Notes under the pieces: model-generated
The model's database searches: none
Told to the model about the DNA's origin: nothing
The model's input: the letters and a program-made list of their open reading frames with translations, nothing else
Shown here: in pieces, positions 43,751 through 54,003 of the stretch
How positions within the stretch are numbered: position 1 is the stretch's first letter
Layout: the number at the start of each line of letters is the position of its first letter
NCBI GenBank assembly: GCA_963845755.1
Contig: CAWJTV010000042.1
Coordinates: forward strand, 160,001 to 224,000
Length of the DNA: 64,000 bases
Direction of reading: 5' to 3'
DNA from: an uncultured Planctomycetota bacterium
GTDB lineage: Bacteria > Planctomycetota > Planctomycetia > Isosphaerales > Isosphaeraceae
Program-made: the position numbers and the translations under genes

Positions 43751-44053
43751 TCAGCTCTCGACCCGGACGCACCGACCGAAAATCGCCCCTGCCGAGATCC
43801 AGCCATTGATCCGGCCCCGGTTGTTGCCGATCTGGAACCGCTCTCCCTGGATCGCCTTGATCAGGTGCAGGTACTCGCGGCCGTTCACCTTGCACAGCAC
43901 GATGTCGCCCACACGGAGCGAAGCGGCTTCCACCGGCTCGAGCGTGCAGAGCTGCCCCGACTCGATCTTGCCCGACATCGAGTGGCCCCTCGGGCGGAAC
44001 GAGACGGTCTCGCCGCTCCGGAGCTTCTCGAGATACGCCGACGCCCAGCCCAT
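43751..44053 (-). CDS. S24/S26 peptidase-like small protein
   Basis: RPRGHSMSG, VGDIVLCKV, YLHLIKA. Confidence 0.65.
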   Translation of the reverse strand: MGWASAYLEKLRSGETVSFRPRGHSMSGKIESGQLCTLEPVEAASLRVGDIVLCKVNGREYLHLIKAIQGERFQIGNNRGRINGWISAGAIFGRCVRVES

Positions 44054-44101
44054 TGCGTACAACTGCCTCTCGCGATCGGGTTCGTTGCAGCGGCGAACCG
44101 G

Positions 44102-44518
44102 TCAGGAGCGGAACCACGGCTCAACGCCCTCCGGGCTCGACTCCAGGCGCGATCGGATCCTGTCCAGGACCTGGGCCGTTGCCCGCGTGTTCTCCTCCAG
44201 GTGGATCATCAGCCGACAAAGCGTGCCCAGAGCGATCATTTGTAGCCCGGAAACCAGCAATGCCACCGACCAGACGAATGCGACGGTCACGGGCACCCAG
44301 GGAACCATCGGCAGCACGTTGACCGGGGGACCCCCGAACGGACCCACGTCTCGCGGGGGCGCGGCCGACGTGCCCCAGGCAAGGGCGTAAAGACTGACGG
44401 CCAGGAGAAAGGCACCGCCTGCCATCAGCACCGTTCCGATCAGGCCGAAGAGGAGCCCGATCACCCGCAGGGATCGATAACGTTCGTCCGATCGTTGGAA
44501 TGACTGGATCTTTTTCAT
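44102..44518 (-). CDS. Two-TM membrane protein
   Basis: RYRSLRVIG...LMIHLEENTR; AGGA RBS. Confidence 0.65.
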   Translation of the reverse strand: MKKIQSFQRSDERYRSLRVIGLLFGLIGTVLMAGGAFLLAVSLYALAWGTSAAPPRDVGPFGGPPVNVLPMVPWVPVTVAFVWSVALLVSGLQMIALGTLCRLMIHLEENTRATAQVLDRIRSRLESSPEGVEPWFRS

Positions 44519-44593
44519 GGTCCTGGCTCAACGCGAGAACGGATGTCGATCACACCACAGATCGAATCGCAATGTCGGCACCGGCCGCCGATG

Positions 44594-44872
44594 TTATTCA
44601 TCGTCCTCTTCGCCGTCCCATGGCATCTGGGGCAAGGCGTGAAGCCCCGCGATATAACGGGCCTCGTTATAGACCTCGTTCTTCTTGAGGATGTCGAAGA
44701 CTTCCGAGGTGACCACGCAGGCGATTAGCTCCACGGCCCGCTCTCGGGAATAGCCTTCGGCCATGAGCCTGGCCAGCGTCTCGGCGGTCTCGGGCGGTGA
44801 CTCGTCGCGAAGCTGGTTCTCCACGATCTCCAAGAGGACACGACGCAGCCGCGGGTTGACAGTCTGACCCAT
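44594..44872 (-). CDS. Small hypothetical protein
   Basis: EIVENQLRDESPPETAETLARLMAEGYSRERA; GAGG RBS. Confidence 0.65.
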   Translation of the reverse strand: MGQTVNPRLRRVLLEIVENQLRDESPPETAETLARLMAEGYSRERAVELIACVVTSEVFDILKKNEVYNEARYIAGLHALPQMPWDGEEDDE

Positions 44873-45114
44873 GAGACACCTCGCGATGGTTGCACCGGCC
44901 GTTTTCCAGCCGTTCCGCCGGAAGTGATTGCTCGGCGGTCCGATCCGCCGGACCTCCCTCTCGATCCTAACATAATCCCGAGGGGTGGACAGTCTCCTCG
45001 CCACTTCCGGGCTGAGCGACTTGGGTCATTCTACCGGGAACGGCCCGAACTACTGCACCGATGCGGTCTCCGTGACAGTCGTCTTGACGCGCATTTGCTT
45101 CTCCGGCGAGATCT

Positions 45115-45447
45115 TCAAGGCATCCCCCGCTGGCGTGACCGGGAGGCCGGCGCGGTGGATCTGCGCGACCACCACAGACCCAGAAGAGTGATCGCCCCGG
45201 TGATCTGGACGACGCCCAGGAACCAGAAAGGGAGTGTCCATTGGAACATTCCGCCCGGGTTGGTCAGGAGCTTACCGCCACCCGGCACCGGGACGACATT
45301 GTCCGCGCCCAGAGCACGCTCCTCGCCGACCAGGTGGATGAGCCAGAGCATGAGATCGCTGGACCACCAGAGCGTTGCGACACCGGATGCGAGCAGGACA
45401 ATGGCATGACCTACGACGAGTGCTGCGAGGAAAACGGATCGCGCCAT
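45115..45447 (-). CDS. Small membrane protein
   Basis: Two hydrophobic segments. Confidence 0.55.
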   Translation of the reverse strand: MARSVFLAALVVGHAIVLLASGVATLWWSSDLMLWLIHLVGEERALGADNVVPVPGGGKLLTNPGGMFQWTLPFWFLGVVQITGAITLLGLWWSRRSTAPASRSRQRGMP

Positions 45448-45464
45448 GAGAAGCTCGCGGATCG

Positions 45465-45860
45465 TTAGCGTTCCACCGGAGACGACTCCGCCGGACCATT
45501 CGAGTAAGACTTGGTGTATCGCGGCTGGTAGAGTTGGACCTCGAACCCGCCTGGAACGCGGAAGAAGGTCACCAGGCCATAGCCGCGGTCGACGACCGGC
45601 CCGGTAAACTCCACGCCGTGCGCCTGGAGCTCGGCGACCGTCTCCTCGATGTCGTCGCAGTAGAACGAGATGTTATGGGTCCCCGACGGTGCACCGCCGG
45701 TCTCATCGGCCGGGTGACAGCCCATGTCGGCTTCGGGCAGGTCAAATATGAGCCAGCCTTCGCCCAGGTTGACAGCAGGGAATCCCAGTTTGTCACGGAG
45801 GAAGGCGCGCAGTGCCTCGGGCTCTGCGGAATAGAACATCGTATGAACGCCGCGGATCAT
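45465..45860 (-). CDS. VOC/glyoxalase family protein
   Basis: GVHTMFYS, ISFYCDDIEETVAEL, DRGYG; GGAGG RBS. Confidence 0.85.
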   Translation of the reverse strand: MIRGVHTMFYSAEPEALRAFLRDKLGFPAVNLGEGWLIFDLPEADMGCHPADETGGAPSGTHNISFYCDDIEETVAELQAHGVEFTGPVVDRGYGLVTFFRVPGGFEVQLYQPRYTKSYSNGPAESSPVER

Positions 45861-46174
45861 CAGAACCTCCCGGATCAGTCCCGTGGAAGGGGCGCCGCGC
45901 ATCGCGACGCCGCTCATCCACGTCCCTGGAAGAAACACGTCTATTCTACCATGATCCGTCGCGACAAGGTGACCTTGGTTACGACCTGAGATCAGTCGTG
46001 GCGCTTCGACGCTGTCAGCAGCCCTCGGCATTCGACCGCATCCTTCACAGCCTGGAGGTGCGCGCGGCGGCCAACGAACAGGATCCGCCCAGGACGACGG
46101 CTCGACGGTCAGGACGGCCGAGATCACCCTCGATTCCGCCGCGAGGTTTCTTGGTAGAATCGTTCGAAATGGTG

Positions 46175-46230
46175 GTTTCAAGACGGGGACAGGCACCTCG
46201 AAGACACGGAGCCAGTCCCCCTTTTGAAAC
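46175..46230. repeat. Palindromic repeat family A, copy 2
   Basis: GTTTCAAGACGGGGACAGGCACCTCGAAGACACGGAGCCAGTCCCCCTTTTGAAAC. Confidence 0.75.
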
Positions 46231-46320
46231 AGCGTGTCAGTGGAATCTCTGCGCGGTGCGCGCATCATCGGGAATTTTGAATCAGCAATCCCTCTTGGGT
46301 TGCGGCTCCGCCGCGTCAGG

Positions 46321-48108
46321 ATGCTCATGGGAAACCCCGAATCCGAATCCCCGAATCTCGAATCCGAGTTGTGGCTGGTGCGAGCGGGCTGGGATCACCT
46401 GAAGTCCCAGCGTCCGCTGGCGGCGTGGGCGACGTGGCGTCGTGCCTTGCGGCGGGACGCAGGCCAGCCGGCCGCCACTCAGGCACTGGCGACGCTCGCG
46501 TCCGCGGCAGATTTTCCGGCGGCGGCCCGGTCCGTACACCGGCTCCGCGAGCCCGAGGATCCCAAACGTCGGGCCGCCTGGGACGATCGGTTGAGGGGCG
46601 ACGACGGCGCTCCGGATCTCGAGGCGATGGCCGACGCATTCGGCCGGCTGGCCGCGGAGGGACCGTCTGATCCCGCAGCCTGGTATAACCGGGCGCTCTG
46701 CCTGGCCTGGCTCGGATACAATCGCGAGGCCATCGGCTGCCTGGACCGCGTGGTCGCCCTGGAGGCCAGCCCGGCATTCGACCGCGCCGTCGCGGCATGG
46801 TCCTTGGCCGAGTTGCTCCGGCAAGGGGGCGGTGCCGAGACGCTGGCCGACGACCTGCGCTTTGCCTGCATCCTCGACGCTGCGCCTCCGGATGTTCCCG
46901 ACCGCCTCGACGAGTTCCCCGAAGTTCGGCGAGTGCCAACTCCCCAGGTTCCGGGCATCGAGCTCGGCTCGGATCCGGAGGTCGTGCTGTTCGAGTGGCT
47001 GGATCGACGCGTCCCGGACGAGTCGGCCCCGGATGCGGGCATCCCTTCGGGGGCCGGCGACCTGCCGGTCGTGCTGGCGAGCGTTGCTCTCAACCGGTCG
47101 TCGCGGACGCTTCGGCTCTCCAGCCCGCGAGTCGAGACGCTGCGTCAGGCCGAGGAGGTGCTCTTTCCCCGGCTCGGGCTCGATCCGGGATCGGCCCGGC
47201 GCGAGGCCGCGCCGCTGCCGCTCCCGTTCCTCGACGCCGACGTCTGGACCGTCCGGGTCCCGCAGGGCCTCGAACCGGCCCGTGCCGATGGTCTGTTGCG
47301 CGACTGGGTCGAGCACTTCTATGAGAACCTGTGGATTCACCGGGCTCGTCAGGGATTGAACGACCTTTCGCCCCTGGCCGCGGCCCATCAGGCCCAGCAA
47401 GGCGATCCGATCCTCAGGGCGAAGCTGGCGGCGGTCGTCGGCTTCCGCGAGCAGCTCGGCAGCCGCGCCAGTGCCCTGCGGCTCTATCAGGGCTATCCGT
47501 TCGATCGGCTGCGGAGGCGGCTCGGACTCGAGCCGTCGGATCCGGCCGCCATCGACCCGTTGGACTTGACCTGTGCCAGTCCCTGGGAGCTGGATCGGCT
47601 GGAACCGTCCACCCTCGACGACTATCGCCTGGTCGAGGCGGTCGCGTCGTCCGCCGGACTTCGCGAGGATGCGCGGACGGCGCCACTGGCGGCCGAACTG
47701 CTCCGGCGCCGGCCCCGGGAAATCGCAGCACTCGATCTGGCCGATGCCGTATCAGCTCTGGTGCGGCCGGCAATGGCCCGCAACGATTGCGACGCCGCCC
47801 TCGGCTGGATCGATCGCGCCCGGCCCCTGGGCGATCCCAGGACGGCATCGCTCCTCGGTGTCTGGCGCGCCGAGATCCTTGCCCGCACCGGCCGTCCCGA
47901 TGGGGCCCTGAGTGCCTATCGAACCCTCGTCCGCGCCGACGATCCGGCCGCGGGAGCCGTGATGGCCCTCGACGCTGCCGAGTCGCTCCTCGACAACGGC
48001 CACGTCGATCAGGCCAGGTCCCTCCTGGAGATCGCGATTGACCTGGCCCACTCCACCGGACGCCTCGGAATCGAATGCCGGGCGCAAGAACTTCTCGACC
48101 GGCTTTGA
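46321..48108 (+). CDS. TPR-like helical protein, probable paralog of 35521-37762
   Basis: AWYNRALCLAWLG TPR; GLNDLSPLAAA and LRRRLG resemble GRTPLQAA and FRARLG in the SEC-C protein. Confidence 0.75.
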   Translation: MLMGNPESESPNLESELWLVRAGWDHLKSQRPLAAWATWRRALRRDAGQPAATQALATLASAADFPAAARSVHRLREPEDPKRRAAWDDRLRGDDGAPDLEAMADAFGRLAAEGPSDPAAWYNRALCLAWLGYNREAIGCLDRVVALEASPAFDRAVAAWSLAELLRQGGGAETLADDLRFACILDAAPPDVPDRLDEFPEVRRVPTPQVPGIELGSDPEVVLFEWLDRRVPDESAPDAGIPSGAGDLPVVLASVALNRSSRTLRLSSPRVETLRQAEEVLFPRLGLDPGSARREAAPLPLPFLDADVWTVRVPQGLEPARADGLLRDWVEHFYENLWIHRARQGLNDLSPLAAAHQAQQGDPILRAKLAAVVGFREQLGSRASALRLYQGYPFDRLRRRLGLEPSDPAAIDPLDLTCASPWELDRLEPSTLDDYRLVEAVASSAGLREDARTAPLAAELLRRRPREIAALDLADAVSALVRPAMARNDCDAALGWIDRARPLGDPRTASLLGVWRAEILARTGRPDGALSAYRTLVRADDPAAGAVMALDAAESLLDNGHVDQARSLLEIAIDLAHSTGRLGIECRAQELLDRL

Positions 48109-48188
48109 CGCACGAAGATACGGACGAAACATTCGTGGCGTCGAGACGCCTCAAGGAGGAGGAGATCCTTGCTGCTTCCACGTCTCGA

Positions 48189-48722
48189 TCAGGAAAACCA
48201 GGGCCGTCGCGTGGTCCGCAACGTGACCAAACGTCGCCGGCCATCGATCGTCAAGTGGAGGTTCGCCCACCGCAAGGCGCGGAGCCCGAGGAGGGGCAAG
48301 CGCGGCGCGCGCGTCGCCTCTTGGGGATAAACGACGATCCCCGAGGGGAGATCGAGCCGGAAGGGATTTCGATCTGCTGGCCGATCACGCTCTCCCCGCG
48401 CGTTTGGTCTGAGCCAGATGTCAGCGTGATACGAAGGAACGTGGTCTCCGCTGACGCGAACGGCTCCGTACTTCGATAGGTATCGCGGATCCAGTCCAGC
48501 CCATCGGACCAGGTGATCCTCTCGAATCGAGAAATTGTGGGTGTGCCCCGTATCGAGAATCGCTGGGAAAAAGGGATAGGCAGGATCGTATTCGGTCTGG
48601 CCGCGCTCCGTGAGGCCAACCCATACGATAATCTGATCGGCTTTGATCGAGACATGATGGCCTTGAAAAACGACCGTCGTGGTCGTGACGAAGAAAGGAA
48701 GGTCCCGACTAATGATCGTCAT
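48189..48722 (-). CDS. Retropepsin-like aspartyl protease
   Basis: AILDTG catalytic motif; PLLGLRAL C-terminal motif; GGA/GGAT RBS. Confidence 0.75.
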   Translation of the reverse strand: MTIISRDLPFFVTTTTVVFQGHHVSIKADQIIVWVGLTERGQTEYDPAYPFFPAILDTGHTHNFSIREDHLVRWAGLDPRYLSKYGAVRVSGDHVPSYHADIWLRPNARGERDRPADRNPFRLDLPSGIVVYPQEATRAPRLPLLGLRALRWANLHLTIDGRRRLVTLRTTRRPWFS

Positions 48723-48745
48723 GGAGGCATCCTGCCTGTATGGCC

Positions 48746-49384
48746 TCAAATATCGCAGAACTCTTCCCAGTCGAGTTCATCCGGCGGCTCCGGCTCGATG
48801 CCCCGGACGACGAATTCGTCGTGGTCCAGACCTTGGCGGAGACATTGCTGATAGAGCTTGTTTTTGGAGCGTCCGATCCCAAGTTGCCGATCACCGCTGT
48901 AAGCCACCCACTTGCCTGCATGCTTCTTGAGCAACTCCGGCAGGTCGCGGCTAAACGCTTCCTGACCGCTCTGGATCAGCGGAGGGACCGGTCGATGGAC
49001 CCAGGAGCGATCGTTGGCGATCTGAGGGTCCAGTTCTTCCTCGACCGGATTGAGCGACTCGACCATCTTGCAAAACTCTTCCCAATCCACTTCCGGCTCG
49101 ATGCCTCTTACGACGAATTCGTCGTGGTCCAGCCCCTGGCGGAGGCATTGCTGATAGAGCTTGTTTTTGGAGCGTCCGATCCCAAGTTGCCGGTCACCGC
49201 TGTAGGCCACCCAATGGCCTGCGTGCTTCTTGAGTAGTTCGGGCAGGTCGCGACTGAACGCTTCCTGACCTCGCTGGATCAGTGGCGGGACCGGTCGATG
49301 GACCCAAGAAGAGTCGCTGGTGACCTGAGAGCCCGGTTCATCTTCGACCGGACGACTCGGATCGGCAGGCGATATCGAGGACAT
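48746..49384 (-). CDS. DUF5678-like protein made of two tandem ~101-aa copies
   Basis: AFSRDLPELLKKHAGxWVAYSGDRQLGIGRSKNKLYQQC twice; 303-bp period. Confidence 0.7.
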   Translation of the reverse strand: MSSISPADPSRPVEDEPGSQVTSDSSWVHRPVPPLIQRGQEAFSRDLPELLKKHAGHWVAYSGDRQLGIGRSKNKLYQQCLRQGLDHDEFVVRGIEPEVDWEEFCKMVESLNPVEEELDPQIANDRSWVHRPVPPLIQSGQEAFSRDLPELLKKHAGKWVAYSGDRQLGIGRSKNKLYQQCLRQGLDHDEFVVRGIEPEPPDELDWEEFCDI

Positions 49385-49588
49385 GATCGCGACCCTCGCG
49401 AGCAGTGACTGCGGGAACACGGGGACCTCCACCACATTATCGACCATCGCTCCCGGGTTGACAAGCCGGAATGCCAAGCTTCACCGTCCTATGAAGGGGC
49501 CAGGGTCTTGGGATTTGCGGCCGGTTCGATTAGTCTGATGCGACACCAGGGATCGTTACGCACCTCAATCGACGACGAGGACGCTCCG

Positions 49589-51001
49589 ATGTCGCAGACG
49601 GTTGCCAGCGCCGCGACTAACCTCCAACCCGGCGCGTCCGGTCCGGGCGTGGATCGCCACCCGACCGGGCTCATCATCCTGTTCGCCACCGAGATGTGGG
49701 AGCGGTTCGGCTTCTACACGGTCCTGGCCGTGATGACCCTGTTCCTCCAGGACAAGGTCGAGGGATTCGGCTGGACCAAATCTCAGGCCACTGGTCTCTG
49801 GGCCAACTATCTCATGTTCGTCTATCTCACGCCCTTCATCGGCGGCTGGATCGCCGACCGGTACCTGGGATATCGGCGGTGCATCCTGCTCGGAGGGGTC
49901 ATCTTCGTCGCGGGGTACTTTCTCCTCTCCACGGGCTCGATCGCGTCGTTCTACATCGCGCTCGGCCTCATCTTCGCCGGCAATGGGCTCTTGAAGCCCA
50001 ACATCTCGACGATGGTCGGCAATCTCTATTCCCCTTCGAGTCCGCTCAAGGACTCGGCCTACAACATCTTCTACATGGGGATCAATGTCGGCGCATTCCT
50101 GGCGCCCGTGTCCGCCGAGGTCCTCCGTCAGAAGATCGGATTCCGGGCGGCGTTCTTCTCCGCGGGCGTGGGAATGATGATCGGGACGATTCTCTTCAGC
50201 ATCTGCTATCGCTACCTCACTCAAGGCGAGCGGAAGAAGCCCGTCGATGACGCGCGGCCCATGGAGTTGGCCGAGGACATCCTGCCCACCCGCGAGAAAA
50301 CCCCCATCGACGAAGTTCCCGAATGGAAGCGAATCGGGGCGCTTCTGGTCATCTTCGGCATCGTCATCGTATTCTGGATGGTCTTCCATCAGAATGGCAG
50401 CACGATGACGTACTGGGCCAACGACAACACAGATTGGGGCGCTTCCCGGGTCACCCCGATCTTGATCCAGATCTTCACCCTCGGGCTGATCGACGGCTCG
50501 AACGTATCCGGCGTGATCTCGAACGCGATCAATCCCTTCTGGGTCGTCGTGCTCTCGATACCGCTGGTGCGATTCTGGCGCTGGCTGAACTCCAAGGGCC
50601 TGGAGCCATCCACCCCCACGAAGATCGGCCTGGGGATGGTCCTGACCAGCGGGGCCTTCCTGATCCTCGCCCTCGGTGGACTGCTCGGCGGTGACACGGG
50701 CCGTGTCTCGCCCTGGTGGATCATCGGGGCCTACTGCGTCATCTCGCTCGGTGAGTTGATGCTCAGCCCGATGGGGCTCTCGCTGGTCTCGAAGGTGGCA
50801 CCGGCTCCGATGCGCGGGCTCATGATGGGGGGCTGGTTCGTCGCGACGGCCATCGGCAACAAACTCACGCAGATTGGCCAGATCTGGGAGACGTGGCCCC
50901 ATTCCCAGTTCTGGTTGCTGCTGTCGATGTTGGCCCTGGGTATGGCCTTCGTCCTGTTCGCCCTGCTCAGGCCGTTGAAACGTGCGATGCCCGGCGTGTA
51001 G
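49589..51001 (+). CDS. POT/PTR family proton-dependent oligopeptide transporter
   Basis: EMWERFGFY (ExxERF), GGWIADRYLG, KPNIS, FYMGINVGA. Confidence 0.93.
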   Translation: MSQTVASAATNLQPGASGPGVDRHPTGLIILFATEMWERFGFYTVLAVMTLFLQDKVEGFGWTKSQATGLWANYLMFVYLTPFIGGWIADRYLGYRRCILLGGVIFVAGYFLLSTGSIASFYIALGLIFAGNGLLKPNISTMVGNLYSPSSPLKDSAYNIFYMGINVGAFLAPVSAEVLRQKIGFRAAFFSAGVGMMIGTILFSICYRYLTQGERKKPVDDARPMELAEDILPTREKTPIDEVPEWKRIGALLVIFGIVIVFWMVFHQNGSTMTYWANDNTDWGASRVTPILIQIFTLGLIDGSNVSGVISNAINPFWVVVLSIPLVRFWRWLNSKGLEPSTPTKIGLGMVLTSGAFLILALGGLLGGDTGRVSPWWIIGAYCVISLGELMLSPMGLSLVSKVAPAPMRGLMMGGWFVATAIGNKLTQIGQIWETWPHSQFWLLLSMLALGMAFVLFALLRPLKRAMPGV

Positions 51002-51071
51002 CCGAGAGACGGGACGTCCGAACTCCCGATTCCCGATTCCAGCGGGTTTTCATTGCGATAAGGGAAGCTTT

Positions 51072-53132
51072 ATGCGATTGCTCTTGATCTGCTTGCTGTT
51101 GCTGGCCACGGCGTCTCCCCTCTTCGCGGCCGGGCGGGCCATGAGGGTTGACGATCTGCTGGCCGTCAAAGGGGTCTCCGATCCTCAGCTTTCGCCCGAC
51201 GGCACGCTGGTCGTCTACGCGGTCTCGGAGATCGATCGCGCGACCGACAAGACGAACACCAGCCTCTGGCTGGTACCGGCCTCCGGCGGTTCGCCGAAAC
51301 GACTGACGACCGCGCCCGGCGCGAACAACCATCCTCGCTGGAGTCCCGATGGGAAAACGATCGCGTTCGTCTCCAGCCGAGGCGGCTCGTCCCAGGTCTG
51401 GCTGTTGCCGATCGACGGCGGCGAGCCGCGGCAGTTGACCAAGCTGGCCGTCGACGTCTCCGGCCCGATCTGGTCGCCAACGGGAGACAAGATCGCCTTC
51501 ACGGCCGAGGTCTTCCCGGGAAAATCCGCCGAAGAGACCGCTGCCAGGGACAAGGAGAAGGAAGCCTCAAAGAGCAAGGTCCGCGCATACGACCGGCTGA
51601 TGGTCCGCCACTGGAACGTCTGGGACGAAGGCAAGCGAAGCCACCTGTTCGTCGCCGATGCCACGACCGGTGAGGCGAAGGACCTGACGCCTAAAATGGA
51701 GGTCAATACGCCGCCTGCCCCATTCGGCGGCTCGTCCGACTACACCTGGTCGCCCGACGGCAAGGAGCTCGCCTTCACCGCCGAGCCGGCCCACAACGCG
51801 GCCTGGTCGACCAATACCGATATCTGGACCGTCCCCGCCGACGGTGGGGAGCCGAAGAACCTCACGGAGGCGAACAAGGGTGCCGATGGTCAGCCGGCCT
51901 ATTCGCCGGACGGCATCTGGCTCGGGTACGTCAGCCAGGCCCGCGCGGGGTTCGAGTCGGATCAGTGGTCGATGAAGGTCCTGTACCGAGGTAACGGAGG
52001 CAGCCACGATCTGACAAAGTCGCTGGATCGCCCGGTCCAGTCGTTCACATGGGCTGGTGAAGGGGCCTGCCGTGCGGTGATCGACGACATGGGAACGGAG
52101 CCGATCGTGACGTTCAGCTTCGGCTACCTCACCGATGGCACATCGGTAACGGTCATGGGACCGACCCAGTTCCCCCGTCTGGTCACCGACGGTGTCCAGT
52201 CGGGGCTCAACGTCAATTCCAAGTCGGGCAAGATGGTCTTCACTCGTCACAACGCCGCGACCCCGGCCGAGGTGTTCGTCGCCGCGTCTGACGGCTCGGG
52301 CCTGACGCAGTTGACCCACCACAACGCCCCCCTGATCACACAACTGGATTTGCCCAGGCTCGAGGGCTTCGCCTTCTCCGGCGCCGACGGCAACCAGGTC
52401 CATGGCTGGCTGCTCCGCCCGCCGGGTTTCGAGGAAGGCAAGAAATACCCGGTCCTCTTCCTGATCCACGGTGGGCCGCAGGGCGCCTGGCACGACGAGT
52501 GGCACAATCGCTGGAATTACCAGTTGTTCGCCGCGCCGGGGTACGCCGTCGTGGCGATCAATCCCCGCGGCTCGACTGGCTACGGACAGAAGTTCACCGA
52601 CCAGATCAGCCAGGACTGGACTGGGCGCGTCTACGAGGACCTCATGAAGGGACTGGATCACGCGTTGAAGACCTATCCCTTCCTGGATGAGTCCCGGCTG
52701 GCGGCCTGCGGCGGCTCGTATGGCGGATTCATGGTCAACTGGATCGCCGGGCATTCCGACCGGTTCAAGGCGTTGATCAGCCATGCCGGCGTCTTCGACC
52801 TGACGAGCAAGTATGGCACGACCGAGGAGCTCTGGTTCCCCGAGTGGGAGTTCGGCGGGCCTCCCTGGGAGAAACCCGAGCATTATCGCGAGCGGTCACC
52901 CAGCACATACGCGGCCCATTTCCAGACGCCGACCCTCGTGATCCACGGGGCGCTGGATTTCCGCGTGCACGAGGCGCAGGGCCTGGGGATGTTCACCTCA
53001 CTCCAGCGCCGAGGCGTGCCGAGCCGCTACGTGTGGTTCCCTGATGAGGGGCACTGGATCGCCAAGCCCGCAAACCGCGTCGTGTGGTGGCATGAGGTCC
53101 ATGCTTGGTTGGACAAATACCTCAAGCACTGA
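51072..53132 (+). CDS. S9 family peptidase (WD40/PD40 propeller + catalytic domain)
   Basis: Signal peptide; WSPDG repeats; IHGGPQ, GGSYGG, HGALDFRV, EGHW. Confidence 0.93.
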   Translation: MRLLLICLLLLATASPLFAAGRAMRVDDLLAVKGVSDPQLSPDGTLVVYAVSEIDRATDKTNTSLWLVPASGGSPKRLTTAPGANNHPRWSPDGKTIAFVSSRGGSSQVWLLPIDGGEPRQLTKLAVDVSGPIWSPTGDKIAFTAEVFPGKSAEETAARDKEKEASKSKVRAYDRLMVRHWNVWDEGKRSHLFVADATTGEAKDLTPKMEVNTPPAPFGGSSDYTWSPDGKELAFTAEPAHNAAWSTNTDIWTVPADGGEPKNLTEANKGADGQPAYSPDGIWLGYVSQARAGFESDQWSMKVLYRGNGGSHDLTKSLDRPVQSFTWAGEGACRAVIDDMGTEPIVTFSFGYLTDGTSVTVMGPTQFPRLVTDGVQSGLNVNSKSGKMVFTRHNAATPAEVFVAASDGSGLTQLTHHNAPLITQLDLPRLEGFAFSGADGNQVHGWLLRPPGFEEGKKYPVLFLIHGGPQGAWHDEWHNRWNYQLFAAPGYAVVAINPRGSTGYGQKFTDQISQDWTGRVYEDLMKGLDHALKTYPFLDESRLAACGGSYGGFMVNWIAGHSDRFKALISHAGVFDLTSKYGTTEELWFPEWEFGGPPWEKPEHYRERSPSTYAAHFQTPTLVIHGALDFRVHEAQGLGMFTSLQRRGVPSRYVWFPDEGHWIAKPANRVVWWHEVHAWLDKYLKH

Positions 53133-53145
53133 AACGGGCTCCCAT

Positions 53146-53204
53146 GTAGGTCAGGCTTTCCGGCCTGACGGTTTACCTTCGTCAGGCCGGAAAGCCTGAC
53201 CTAC
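53146..53204. repeat. GTAG-type REP palindrome, family B copy 2
   Basis: GTAGGTCAGGCTTTCCGGCCTGACG...CGTCAGGCCGGAAAGCCTGACCTAC perfect inverted repeat. Confidence 0.85.
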
Positions 53205-53208
53205 TTCC

Positions 53209-54003
53209 TTGTCTGATACTCCGGTGATCGAGCTCCACGACGTGACGCAGCATTATGGTGTGCGGCCGGTGATTCACGGGATCACCCTGCGCATCGAGCG
53301 GGGCGAGGTCGTGGTCATCCTCGGTCCCAACGGCATGGGCAAGACGACGCTTCTGGGTGTGATGGCCGGCGTGATGTCACCCCAGAAGGGCGAGGTCTTC
53401 ATCGACGGCCTGAGGCGCCGCGGCTCGGAAGACGAAGAGCTGGCGATCCGCAAGATGACCGTCTATCTCCCCGACCAACCCTGGCTCCCGGCCCAACGGA
53501 CGCCGCGCGAGTTCCTCCTGGCCGTCGGCCGGCTCTATGACGTCGAGGCCGAACGGCTGATGAACCACATCGATCAGCTCCTCCATCTGTTCGACCTCTC
53601 CGAGCAAAGTGATAGTCCGATCCGATCGCTTTCCGCCGGTCAGAAGAAGAAAGTCGCGCTCTGTTCGGCCCTGGTGACGGAGGCACCGCTGCTCTTGCTC
53701 GATGAGCCGTTCTCCGGCGGGCTGGACCCCTCGGGGATCCTGACCTTGAAGCGGGTGATCCAGCATCGGGCGCACCGCAAGGACGTGACCATTGTCCTGA
53801 CCAGCCCGGTCCCGGAACTGGTCGAGGAGATTGCCACGCGGATCATCGTCCTGCACAACGGCGAGGTCCTCGCATTCGAGACGGTGGACGGCCTTCAGCG
53901 GCTCACGGGCCATCGCGGCGCGCTGGATCAGGTGCTCCAGCGATTGATCTTCCCCGAGACCACTCAGAAGCTCGACGCGTATTTCCAGGAGTTCGGCCGA
54001 TGA
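53209..54003 (+). CDS. ABC transporter ATP-binding protein
   Basis: GPNGMGKTT, LSAGQ, LLLLDEP. Confidence 0.92.
   Translation: MSDTPVIELHDVTQHYGVRPVIHGITLRIERGEVVVILGPNGMGKTTLLGVMAGVMSPQKGEVFIDGLRRRGSEDEELAIRKMTVYLPDQPWLPAQRTPREFLLAVGRLYDVEAERLMNHIDQLLHLFDLSEQSDSPIRSLSAGQKKKVALCSALVTEAPLLLLDEPFSGGLDPSGILTLKRVIQHRAHRKDVTIVLTSPVPELVEEIATRIIVLHNGEVLAFETVDGLQRLTGHRGALDQVLQRLIFPETTQKLDAYFQEFGR

Noticed and set aside
42453..45860. Integron cassette array
   Set aside because: No recognisable attC repeats between the genes and no integron integrase.
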